A stretch of DNA of 64,000 nt, taken from NCBI GenBank assembly GCA_051362555.1, contig CM120641.1:620001-684000 (forward strand), in the 5' to 3' direction. Position 1 is the stretch's first letter. Each line of letters starts with the position of its first letter. Position numbers and translations under genes: made by a program. The notes under the pieces are model-generated. The model did no database searches, had not been told where the DNA came from, and was given only the letters and a program-made list of their open reading frames with translations. Origin of the DNA: Lingula anatina. Lineage: Eukaryota > Animalia > Brachiopoda. Of this stretch, positions 1-12,600 are shown piece by piece.

Positions 1-2132
1 TTTTTTTCTGGTGACTTAATGCTCTAGGAAAAGAATTATAGAAGGAACTTGTTCTCTTTGCAGTGTTTTTTTTTTCTGGAGACTGTATGCCATGTTTTCT
101 TTTCTTTCCCTTCCGTCTGTCTGACCTACATTGTAGGAGAAGCTGTGGCTGTGCTATAGATAGAAATCAACAGGGAGAAGGGGTAGTCTGATATTGAGGT
201 ATTGCACCTCTACTACAAAGAAATATGTGATAATTTGGTGCCATAAGTCAATTTGGATCTATTTCAATTGTATTAAATGTTTAGGTCTTGTGTTTTACTA
301 TAAGGCATCAAAGGAGGCTATCAAAGATCAGCAGATTATATTGTGGCTATCAAGCCAGTGTTTGTGTACAATGACTGTAATTCTATTTACTTGTCTAAAT
401 GATATGGATGCCAATAGAACGCTTAATGTGGTAAGCTGCAACTATTCCTTGAATTTCCTCAATATTTATTTAACAAATTGCAACCCTAACAAAAACGGCT
501 AATACTATTCATAGCTGTCTGTGTGCCTCAGATTAACACAAAGAACATTACGGTCTCTGCGGACCCACAGTTTAATCAGACGTGCGCTCCAACATTGTGG
601 GGCCCCGGAAAAAATCCTAAATGCAGAGACAGAAGATCTGTTAAGTCCCCTATCAGTTTGATACTTTCAAATTGAAAATGGCTGGAAACATTGGTCACCA
701 GAGATCACAACATTGACCTGCAATTTTAATTACAAATATTTGCCCGAAAATGTCATCTCCTAACACAGTTTGGTTCATGGCTCGATATCATATGATTAAA
801 GCAATTCCCAGGACTGAGGGCAGATTCTAACTGTAAATGCAGTGCAAGTTAATTTCTGAACAAAAGACTGATTCATAGCAGAAATTGCCTTTCATTAGCA
901 GTGTTTAAAATCTGAATGGGAGATGTGTTTCAAAATGGCAAAAAGATGTATTTTATGTAGGGACTTTGACGTTATTCATAACAATGTGTTCTACTTAGCA
1001 GTGCAGAAATTTGAATAATTATATTATTTTCGTCCTACAATATAATATGGAGTAAATTAGATCACACTCATTACAGAGTATAAACCCATCACTTGAGAGA
1101 ATTTGCTGAGCACCAGCGTACAACCATTCATGAAAGCTTAATAACAGGAAAAGCCACTTTTATGCCTCTGTATCCATTTCACATTAAGGCACCATCTCGA
1201 TGTGAGGGAAGGATTATCTAGCCTAAAGATGGAAAAACTGTTCACACAGCAAGTGGAATTTGTGTTGTAGTTGTAACCCATAGTGATGAATTTATAATAC
1301 ATAAATCATGCCACTGAGAGGCACTATTATTTTCTCCATCTTAAAGTAAGAGTCCCTTCTCATCTTTTCTCCATTTGCATTCAGGGATAATTGCTTATAT
1401 CATGCGTAGAAATGATATGTAGTTTTGTAATTTTAATAATATAAGTCATGGTTGCGGTTTTTCTTACCATTTACCATGGTGAATGCACATACAATGAATC
1501 CATCAATTACTCTCTACTTTGTTCGGTGAAATATGTAGTGTATTGACAGTGTCAGTATATTCATGTGTATTTATTCCTTAGATGGACCGATGCTGAGAAC
1601 GGCCATTTTGCTTTCAGTGCCACCTATGATTGTGCGTGTATGCATTGGACTGGTCTCGGCACTCGGTAGTTTGAACACACACCAAGACCTCCAAGCTCCG
1701 TCATTCAGGGTTCCAGTTCACTGAGTTCATCTTGACCTTGACCTTGACCTTCATTCGGATTGCAGTCTGGCTACCTGAAAACTCGTGAGATCTTTTTCAA
1801 ACATCGATTTTTCTACTAAAAACTTACCCATAATTTTTCTTCTTTTTTTTCTTCATGTGAAAATCATTACTTACTTGGAAGTAATGACTTGGAAAGAAAT
1901 CTCATCTGACTTTTTTATGAAAATAATAATAACTGTGTTTTGTCTTCTAATGTTGTTGGCCGCATTTAATGGACCCAATCTGACGGCATCTTACCACAGA
2001 TGGCCCTTCTTTGCATAGCAACGTGAGATGTATTTATAACATTTGTTGACTGCATGCATCGTTGCTAACATAATTCATGTTTCCATGGCAAATATCTTGC
2101 AAAAAGGAATCTGTGCAATGCTTTTTGAAAGA

Positions 2133-2163
<31 letters not shown>

Positions 2164-4262
2164 AAAAAATCCCATGGCACAGGGTCTGTGTGCGCCATCA
2201 TTCACTCTGATTCCTGGACTGGATAGAAATCCCTGTGACAGGATATTGTGCTTGAGGAGCAACGGGAGAGACTGACTGCTAGAGACTAAAGTTTTTGCAA
2301 TCTATGCAGACTTAAGCTTTTCTGTACTACTAAATTCATGTGGATGTGCAATGCAGGCAGACAGCTGTACCTAAAGTGTAGTAATGGTTAGAGTAGTGAG
2401 TGTTGCAACTGTTTTTTAATGTGGAAGACCTCCCTTGTTGCTGGTATTGTCACTCTTTCAAGCTTTCCTCTTGTTTGTCATATTTTGCCTGTCTAAAACC
2501 AACTTTTATGAAAAAAAAACTTTTATCAAGATCAGGTAAAACAGTGGAGGTGTGGCGTGGAGGAGGAATACCTTTGATTCTTGCCTGATTTTCACATTTG
2601 ACAATTGACATTGAGGAGAGCAGGCAAAGAAGCAATTTCAGTTGTTCAGCCTCCTTTTGATGTTCTCTTTGATAAGAATGAGTTTTCTGTTAAGAAGTGA
2701 CAAGGGGAACAGAACCCCTTCCCTAACCTTTCTAGTCAGGTCATGCAAGACCAATATATGCTAATTTTAATGGTGCTATGGGGCCCCTCAGGTAGCCATT
2801 TTGGAGTCACGCAGGAGGCGGCTGCCTTCCATTACGCAACTTTTTAAGAGGATTCATATATTCTGTTTTACCTGGGTTCACACCCCATTTTATTGTTTAA
2901 AAATTATATAAGATACCATCTCATCTCTATTGGTCATGTGCTCATTGTTTTGTATTTAGCAGGAGAATTTTTGTAAGAGATGTTTTCTGTTTCTTTTTCA
3001 TTTCTTTTTTTTTTTTATTTTGGCAACTAGGTTAAAAGGTAATATGCAGAGGTATCAATATGAATTTGTATAAACTATGAAAGACTATTTGAAGATTTAA
3101 AGCAGGCGACATGTGTGCAACTCACTAAGACTTGCCAAATGATTTATTACTACCAGGTTTATAATCTTGCCAACTTGTTGGAATATATGAAAATGAAATG
3201 TTTTCACACCAAAGATAATAGTTAATTTGGTTAATTTATTTGGTTCACAGTTTAGTCTTATTAAAACTTACAGTTATTTTATAGTTATTATATCATTCTC
3301 AATTTTTTCTAAGACTGGTGGCTTACATTTGATCTTTGTAGGAGATTAGATTTTATTTTTTATTTTTTTGGCTCAAGAGGTCATCCAAGATGAAAAAATG
3401 CTTATATCCTACTTATTATTATTTGCAAATAAAATGTATATATGAGTAATAACAAATGACTTTATTGAGTTGTTTTCTTTTTGGTCACACGTGTATATTT
3501 CAAGATGACAGAGTATCCCCCTGTAGGAAATAACACCTAGAAATTACCACCAAGATGTATGTGCATTTATCATGGTACCAACTACACGTATTTATTATAC
3601 TAAAGATCACTTAACTAATGCAGGTCATAAATTGAACTGAGAACCAATTGGTTTCTGTAGTTATGACATGAAGAGGTCAATAAACATATTCAGGTAAAAG
3701 AATAAAAAAACTATTTTATTTATTTTCACAAAAGGTTCGGCAAAACAAGTCAACATGGATAAGATGTATGGAAATTGTTTTTCAGTCACAATAGCTTATT
3801 TGCCAGCTGTGCTGATGGTGATATATGATGGTTAATCTGACCTTTATTAATTAGTCCAGGTCTCTGTTGGAAGTTACAGTATTGTTAGAATGAATTGTGT
3901 TACATTGGATTTGTTGCAGCCAATAAATCATGGTCATGTCTGTTTGTATTATCCTTGACCAGAAGAAAACGGACCTGGACAGCTATTTGCTTTGATTATC
4001 ATAATGGGGGATGGAAATTGATTTTGATATTTCTGCTTTTGCCAGCTGGTTGTTGGGAGAGATGTAGTTGGAGAAGCTTCGAAGGGAGTATTGATAATTT
4101 TCTTTCGTCCCTTCTGCCAAGATTTGTGAAGCATATCTTTGTGTTTATTATTTATTGTTGTATGTTCTTTTGTGGAAAGAAAAAGAAGAAAAATACATTG
4201 TATCCTAATCAGTGAGCTAGTTTGGAATATTTTTATTATATTATTATTTGATTTAAAGTGAA

Positions 4263-4265
<3 letters not shown>

Positions 4266-4337
<72 letters not shown>
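4266..4337. repeat. (TA)n microsatellite
   Basis: Uninterrupted TA run of ~72 bp. Confidence 0.98.
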
Positions 4338-4339
<2 letters not shown>

Positions 4340-4896
4340 AAGAGGAAATAAAAAAAAACTAAATTGCATCTCTTTGCGGAAAAATGTTAGAAGGAAATAA
4401 TTTTGATAAGAAATGGTAATGGTTTATAGGAAAAGGCAAGTTAATGTCTTTTCATTTCCTTATCTTTTTCCTGAATATCTGGAAATTGTTTTGATTTCAA
4501 AAGTTAAATTAAGAAAAAATTCCTCAAACAGAAACAAAAAAGTAAATTTGCAAGATGTGATTGAATACAGGAGTTATTTTGAACATTTTAAATGTGATAT
4601 CAATATTAGGATTCCATTCATTCTTTCACAATTAATTCATTAACACAGACACCAGTTCCAATTAGGAAAGGTTCAGCTGAGGGTAAGCTTTTCCAATGCT
4701 GTTCTAAATCACTCGCTTATCAATTTATTTACCTATACTACCCCACTGGTAGTAAGGGCCATTGCTAATCCATGATGGAACAGCCGAATTTAACTCTGTA
4801 GAAATAGGCAGAAAAGCACATAATAATAATAATTCCTCAACCAGGGGTTAGGATGATCTCATCAAAGGAATTTGTTGTGTATACATGGTTAAGTAA

Positions 4897-4910
4897 CCAC
4901 CAGGGGGCGA
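4897..4910 (+). promoter_or_regulatory. CTCF-like motif CCACCAGGGGGCGA
   Basis: 13/14 match to the CTCF core CCACCAGGGGGCGC. Confidence 0.45.
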
Positions 4911-6124
4911 TCTCCTGTCCACTATAATTAAGGCTGGTTGAACCCACACCATGTGATAGGCACAAAATTATTAAAATAACTTCAGACCCCAACATCAACA
5001 TTCTTTGGGTTAATTTGTGATCCCCCTCGCCTCAGGCTGTGCACCCTTGAGTGAAGTCAGCTGTTATAAGATGCTCTAATACAAGAGATCCTCCAGGGCC
5101 AGTGGACCCCTTATCTCCCATCTATTGCGTAATATCCCAGCCCCAAACCAGATATCAGCAGCTATGGAGGAGTAGTACTGCTTCCTCCTTGCCCGCCCAG
5201 TTGCTTGGTGATGAAAACTTTAATGGGCTTACAATGAACCTTGATTTGCTAGACTGGGGCTCGTTAACCTGGAGAGATGGGGGCAGATTACAGCATCCTT
5301 AGGTCAGGTTGCACCATTTAATTGAAGGTGTGTGCTGATAGGGGCCATGGCTTTGATGTCCCACTTCCTCGGCTGATCTGCTTGGTGATAACGGGATGTT
5401 ATGAGGGAGATGGAATGCTTCTAATGACGCCTGCCTCATTCTCCAGGGACAAGGTGTTACTAGTGGTCGGGTGGCCAAGATGATGATTATTTTTGAAATT
5501 TAGTTAATAGACTTAAGATTATTTTGATGATGTTTGGACAGCAGATCTTCTGGAGGTTATTTAATTGACGAGACCTTGAGGGAAACTATTAACAGATGAT
5601 TATGTTGAAATTTCAGTAAACAGGATTAAAATCTCTTTTGTAGCCTTTGAGACAGTTTTTTTTCTTGAGTATTTTAATCTGGCACACAATTTATACTTAA
5701 AAGTTCAGATGTTTTTACCACTAAATGTGTGTAGATCATTATTTGTCTACTTGCTGTGATGTACATTGTGGCTGGTTTAATCTTGATTTTGTTGATATGG
5801 TTAACCAGACGGAGTTTATCATAATCTCTGGACTTATGAATTACTCAATATTTTTTAAGTAAGACATGCAAAAAAAAAAAAAGATTTTATTACATGAATT
5901 TTTTGTAAGCAAAAGCACCACAGAAATGGTCAGCAAAAAATAATGAAATTAAAAGAAATAATGAGTAAGTAAATTAACTAATTAACAAACATAGCAGTAA
6001 TGCCAATGACACATGAAATAAAGATATTGGAAATAAATTGAAGAGAAAAAAATAAGAAACAGATCTTAGAAGTTTAAAATATGCAAGACAATTATGTAAG
6101 TAAGTGTAAAAAAAACTTATGTTT

Positions 6125-6310
6125 AAAATATTCTCAAAAACCAGTATGTGACTCTGATTGAAACTGTAGGTAAGAGAGATAAATATGAATACACCACAAC
6201 TTATTAAAAAAAGAAAAAAAACTTGTGCATACATCAAAAATATTCTCAGAAACCAGCATGTGAATTTAATTGATACTGTTGGAGGTAGGTGAGAGAGAGA
6301 TGAATATGTG
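6125..6310. repeat. Imperfect local direct duplication (~60-70 bp, spacing ~112 bp)
   Basis: aaaatattctca(a/g)aaaccag(t/c)atgtga...attga.actgt...gagagat.aatatg occurs twice. Confidence 0.7.
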
Positions 6311-6630
6311 TGAATGTGTTATGTTGTTAGCCATAGTAGGACACCAATGTGATCCATCAGATGGCTGTCATGTTCACTGTTGTCCCCCTTTCAATCTAAC
6401 TCCTTCATATATATAAAGTGCTTTGGGGAATTGTCATGAGGAAGGCTTGATGGCCAGTTCCCTTTACAGCTTATGTCTAGAACTGATATTCTTTTCTCTT
6501 GCTCTGGAGATATTTTAATTAAAATTTGATTGTATGTTCTCTTTTCTGTTGTAAAGTTATTTTTCTATTTTGATTTTTATTTAAATATATAATTATGATT
6601 TTTTATGACAGATTGCCATACCTAAGCATG

Positions 6631-6633
6631 TAT

Positions 6634-6680
<47 letters not shown>

Positions 6681-6683
6681 TTA
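6631..6683. repeat. (TTTA)n microsatellite
   Basis: Read directly from the sequence. Confidence 0.95.
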
Positions 6684-7079
6684 GTGGTGCATTCAGCAAA
6701 TTTCACACAGCACTTAAGAATGTAAAAATATTAAGAATACTGAAAATTCCATAAAACTCCAATATTTTACACCCCTCAACATTTTTATCATTAATTCATT
6801 GGGATATTTGTTTTTCCATAAAACTTTCTTATGTCATTTGTGTAAATGTGAACATTATACGATGCTAGAAATGGCCCTGTGCCTATAGAATTTTGACATG
6901 GACATATTTTCTGTATCTCACATGATAAATCTGGCATCAACCTTTGGACAAGTTGTTCTTTAAGCCATTGCCGCGAGTTGACCTTTTGTGTGCCTAATGA
7001 ATAGTTAGGGTCTACTGCCTTTCCATCTGTTTGATTCATATAGAATAAACAAAATGTGGAATTGTTAATAGGTGATAAG

Positions 7080-7180
7080 TTAAAGCTAGGGTGCACTTTT
7101 TTTGTATTTTAATTAATATAAATTTTAATTTAAAGCTAGGGTGCACTTTTCTTTGTATTTTAATTAATATACATTTTAGT
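7080..7180. repeat. ~50-bp tandem duplication
   Basis: ttaaagctagggtgcactttt..tttgtattttaattaatata.attttag/a occurs twice. Confidence 0.9.
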
Positions 7181-9519
7181 TGTGTTTAGATGGAAAAAGG
7201 TAGGTGCAAGTTAATAATTTGCAAGTGATAAATGTATATGAATTTTTATGCTCAATCTTTTAAAATTATTTTTTATCAGTCATTTGAATATTTGTTTCAG
7301 TACCAATTTCTATGAAATAACTGCTATAACTCAATTATACATTATCTGGAAAAATTTCAACATTACAAAAAAACTTCCATTTTCTAAATAAGCAATTCCC
7401 TATTATATTTTTATGTGAAGAAAAATAATTGGACCAATGATTTTGCTTTTAACTTTTGAACATTTTTTTTCATCTGGCTGGTAGCTAGATCAATGGCTAA
7501 GCAACATGACTTTATGTTTTTACATGTCATTTTTATCAACAATCTTTAAAAGCTTTTAAGAGGCAAAAAAGTCCCATTAAAAGAAATCAGAATTCCTTTG
7601 TGCTGCTTGAAATATCCTGCAAGGAAACAATAGAACTCTATCTAGCAGCAGATTACTTCCTTCATTCTTCCCCTGTTGTACTTATATGACTTCCTCTGGT
7701 AGTTCCAAAGCTACTTTGAATTGTATATTTAAACATTAACATAAGCACCACTCACAATAAAAAAATGTGTATCTGCAGCAAGTTAGTATTGTATTTAATC
7801 CAATTCAATGGTTTAATTAACTTGACTTTTCTCACTTTTGTTTGCATTTTACAACTTTGATTTGAAAGCTGTCTCAGTCTGAATTGGAATTTAAATTTTG
7901 GTAATTTCAAAACAAGTTGATTTGGTCTGGTTCAGGTCATGTTTATTGTTTTAATTTTGGTGATTTGTATACACAAAGCCAGTCTGTCTTAAACCCCTTG
8001 TGTTCTATGCAAATAGCAATTTATACTAAAACATTATGTCAGAATGTCATAACATTGAATAAAATTACAACAGTAGCTGTAAAACAGTCTCACTCCAACC
8101 ACCAATAGGAACTGAGCGGAAACTTTTCTGCATTTGTCGAAGTAAACACAGGCATTGGAAAAAGCGTGTGAGGCTTTATTTCTCAAATAGAGAAATGACT
8201 ACAATTTCATGCTCATTCTTCGGTGTGATGGCGGAAGTAACTTAAGCTTAGAACCCCAGTCTGATTATGTTGTCCCTTGTGGCTAGAACAATACTGTGGC
8301 ATCATCAGGGCTGATTAGGGGAACATGTAACACCTGCAGTTTCTGTCTGCTTGACAACCTGTTTTTGTTGCCCGAGAGCCAGTGATTGTCTCCCAGTTTT
8401 AGCGGGACGTGAACCGCGGAGTGTTTTACTGAATGACAGAAGGCAAATCTCAGCCAAAATATCTTGTTCTAGGTTTCTTGACTGATATTTTCTCGGCTGT
8501 TCTTCCATGTCTGCCTCTGGTGCAACCAGAGGACATAAGTTCATAATTTTCCTTTCTTAACCCAGTCAAGATGATTGATAACTGAATGGGGTGAATTATG
8601 TACTACTGATAGTTAGGGTGTCTTAGGTTGTATATCTTATTGAAAAGTTGTTGGGCATTTCATTTTGTGTTAGCTACACCACATCTGCAGAGCCATATGC
8701 TCTTGTTTTCAAATTGGGGAAAGGGGGGAAAAATAGTACTGGCCAGCATTTCGCCACAAGGTAAAAACCATATTTCTACAATAAGGTGAGTTAAAGTTGA
8801 CTTTTTTTGTTCAGATTTTTGACCTGAGGGGCTTAAAATTTTGTATTGACTCAAAACCCAAAATTGGACAGATTCTGAAAATAGTATAAATATGTATGTG
8901 TTTAGAGAGCGAGACGCTAAGATGAACTCAGTGGAAAAAGTCAACAATGATTGAGCTCCACCCCTCTCTATCTCTTGACGCACTACTGCCGCTATGTTTG
9001 CAAATATTGACTAAATGATAAAGTTTCGGTTGGGGGGAGAATTTAACCCTTTGTTTCTACAAACATGAAAAACTGTTAAATATGGAAAAGGTAACAGCAG
9101 AATATGATTAAACTTTTACTGAAAGTATTTGTAATTTTTATTAGAGAGGGATTATCTGAAAAATAAGATGCCAGTTTTGATAAAACCCGGTTATGCAAAC
9201 AAGTAACCAGCAACTAAGCTGAAAACATTTCTTTAATTTGTGGTTGGAATTAATGATGTTTTGACAACCCAAAAAAGTAGATAAATTTTTTGCATCGATC
9301 TTATTTTACATCTTTGCTAAAAGGATAATAGTGGGATAAACAACTCTAAAATTCATGACATTTGTAATGTTATCCCTTTTGTGAATTTTTTCATTAAAAA
9401 TGTCACATTTTATGAATGAATAACACTATAGAAAACAAAAGTCAAATTTCATTATTTCCAAAAGAAGTTATTTCTAACATTTTCTTCATGATTTTCTCAC
9501 AAAATCTGCCATATTTCAG

Positions 9520-9646
9520 AGGCCGCCGTCTCAAGGACTTACGTTTCCCCAAGCAGACGATGCTCAGTCCACAAACTCTGCAGACACGCCGGGACCCCCA
9601 GGCTCCAATCTCAACTCACAAAACCTGGACAACAGTAGCGAAGCAG
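9520..9646 (+). CDS. Meis: Meis linker exon (RPPSQGLTFPQADDAQSTNSADTPGPPGSNLNSQNLDNSSEA-G)
   Basis: Acceptor tttcag ends at 9519 and donor G|gtaaga starts at 9647. Length 127 nt, phase 0 to 1. RPPS, DD..S...TPGP and DNSSE motifs are typical of the Meis/hth linker. The frame differs from the supplied ORF 9416..9730. Confidence 0.9.
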
Positions 9647-12600
9647 GTAAGAAACCTTACACACTTGCACACTCATAATTTTATGCAAAGACATGAACAT
9701 CAAGTAGAAATGATTCCACCCTGCTCCTGAAATCTGCAATATGTAGTCAACAAAGATGAGTATTTTTTGTTATGAACTGGTCAGTTTTGATTAAACCTTT
9801 GATTTGTTATTATAGCAAGGGTCTGCTGTATTCCATGAATTTAGGTTTAAATACTTTATGGCAAAAATTAATGATAGGATTTGTAGCAAAAATAAATAAA
9901 TAAATAAATCAGGTTAATTAGGTATGAATTAAAAAGTAAACTATATTTAGCAAAAAATTTTGATATTAAACTGAAGACTGCAAATAAGTGAATTTCACTC
10001 TTCCCAGTTGAATTTTTAATAAGTGTATGCTGTAGTAAAGCAGTCAACAGGTAATCTTTTTTTCATTTTTCACTTCTGTAAATTTAAGTTTGTCGTGAGA
10101 AACAGTTATTTGGTGCTACCCAACCCCAAATCAAAGATGATTATCATGCCATTGACACAAGCTGGGGGAATGTCGCGGTGATGAACTGAGAGAGAGAGAA
10201 CCCATGACAGTGATAGGGCTTACAGACCACATCACAGGGAACAGGGTAGTTTACACAGGGAACAGGTATTCCCCTGTCACCCCCCACCCCCCCCCCCACA
10301 CACACACACACACACTCCTCTCTCTAATGTGAAAGTGTATGACACACAAGTTCACAGACAGTGATTATAGATATATTGGTTTGATATGAAAACATATTTA
10401 TTTATAAACCTAGAATCAAATCTTCAGGTGGTGAAAAATAATTTAAATGTAAATATGAAATGGAAGTGACTGTCATTAAAGTTTAGAAAAAAATTCAATT
10501 TGGGAGGTTATCTTATTAAATGGGTTGCAGGGTACTTAGCAATATGCTTAAGAATGCAAGGAAATTTTATCTCAAAATTAAAATCTCAAGTAGATATGAA
10601 AGAGGAAGAAGTGATAGTCTGTAAATGATAAGTTTGAGTGTCCCCCACAAGTGAGAATACACGGGCAATGTGTCACAGTAAACTATGGACATCCCACACC
10701 AGTGAACAGCCCCTCTTCTGAAAATCTAATTCTCTTTTATCAAAGGTGACGTGAACAAGCACTTGCTTTTCAAAGACCCATCTGAAATGCATTTTTATTC
10801 ATTGTAAAGCATATGTGACAATGTATTACAAAGTACACATATTGACTTTGGATGAAGTAGCTATCTACTGCGGAATGGTACCCTGTCGCCATGATTAATG
10901 TGGAAAACCGGCCTGACTTAGATCAAAGAGAACAGGACCGAAGCATTCTTTCCAAGCCAGGAACCAAAACTTGAAATGGACTGCAGATAAGAAAGTGTGA
11001 AAAGAAAAACGATTTTGCAAAACTGATTAGAAGTTTTATGCGCAGTTTACTTATGATAATGATAAAAAGGTCGGGTGAGAAAGAGGAAACAAGCATGGTG
11101 TGAAAGAAATGTTCCATACTACATTTTCTCAACAGCTTAGATTTGTCTGGATTGACAACTCTTCTGTGTTTATAAAACTGCCTCACCCTACCCTTGAAAC
11201 ACTTTTACGTATTTCTAAAAAATATTTTTCTAACAAAATTACTTAATTTAATTTCTTTAAAAAAAATTCATCCTGGGGAATTTTTAAAGAAAAAAATTTG
11301 TAAGATTTATGCAGAAATATTAATTGTAACACTCTGTTACTGGAAATAGGACAGATGAATTGAGTTGTAGATTTTTACAGTGACATATACAATATGTTGT
11401 TTCAATACTATAATATCTCGCAGCCTCTTCACACCTGGATTGCAGCACGTTGTCGATGATAAATAGGCAACAGTTTGTGCCACAATTACAGCCAAAGGCG
11501 CGAAAAATTGCTATCTCGATACCTTACTTCACATGTTTGTGGAATGTTCCTAGGATATAGAAATGAAGTATGGGGCAGATTTTCCATTGGACCAGATGTT
11601 AATTTGAGGGACACATTTGCTACAAAGGTAACCTGACAAATTGCTCCATTGAAATATAAAATACTGGACCTAATTAAACACCTGTTCCCCCTCTAAAACA
11701 CCATCTATTATTGAAGATGATGGAGGGAGGTGGCCCTAACACATTGCACTTCCATGGTAACACCCAAAAACATGGGAGGTCTGCCAGAAAAGTTTTTTTC
11801 CCCTCTCTCTTTTTCATGTAGAGCAGGTTTATTCAAAACCATATTTATTCAGATATTTTGTTCAGCAGAATAGCCCTGTGTTTATGTTTTGATTCAAAGC
11901 TGTGTCATTTTAAGTTTTTATAGCAAAGTTAAAATCTTGATGGAAATGAAATGAAACTTGTGCTATGTTTGAATGTTTTTATCCAGAGATTTGTCAGACA
12001 TATTGGTAGTTAACTGGCTGTGTGGCAGTTCACTTCATTCTGATATTTAGGTACTTATCATTTCTTGGGCTGACAGATTTTTTAGTTATTCTTTTTGAGG
12101 AAGTACACAAAACAAGAAACGGCACATTTATCTCATCACAGTAATTTAACTGAAGCTGAAGAATTTTTCAGTAGGTTGATCAAATTTTTTTGAAAGGTCA
12201 GGTTCCAGTAAGAAAGAGGTACAACTTTTGTGGCAGCCATTATTTATCACCAACAGGTGGATACCATGCACATACAACTTGTCTGCTTTGTGCATTTTTA
12301 TTTTTCCATGTATTGAAAAAATATAAATTGATCGATCAAGACGTGTGTTTTGGCAATTTACAGTTGCGCTTAAGGTAATGTGATTGATTGGGATTCATGG
12401 ACTAGCAGTTACCATAGTTTCAGTCAAGCTCGAACTTCTTATCGCTTTATTTTATGGAGTGCTTTGCTAATGCAAACTTTTGTTAATAATTTTTGATGGG
12501 GCAACTAGGAACGAACTCCTGTAGTTTTAGGTAAAAGGATACCCAGTTATCATTTTAAAATCTTGAGAAGTAATACCTGACAATTTGCATGACTTTGCTC

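Noticed and set aside
1-9519. Searched for MEINOX/HM-domain exons (e.g. ...LKGKMPIDLV...)
   Set aside because: None found by eye. The region is treated as part of a >9.5 kb intron.
9416-9730. 104-aa ORF overlapping the linker exon
   Set aside because: Wrong frame. The Meis-like peptide is in another frame bounded by splice sites 9520-9646.
11254-11291. AT-rich inverted repeat TCTTTAAAAA...TTTTTAAAGA
   Set aside because: Low complexity and expected by chance, not a credible pre-miRNA.
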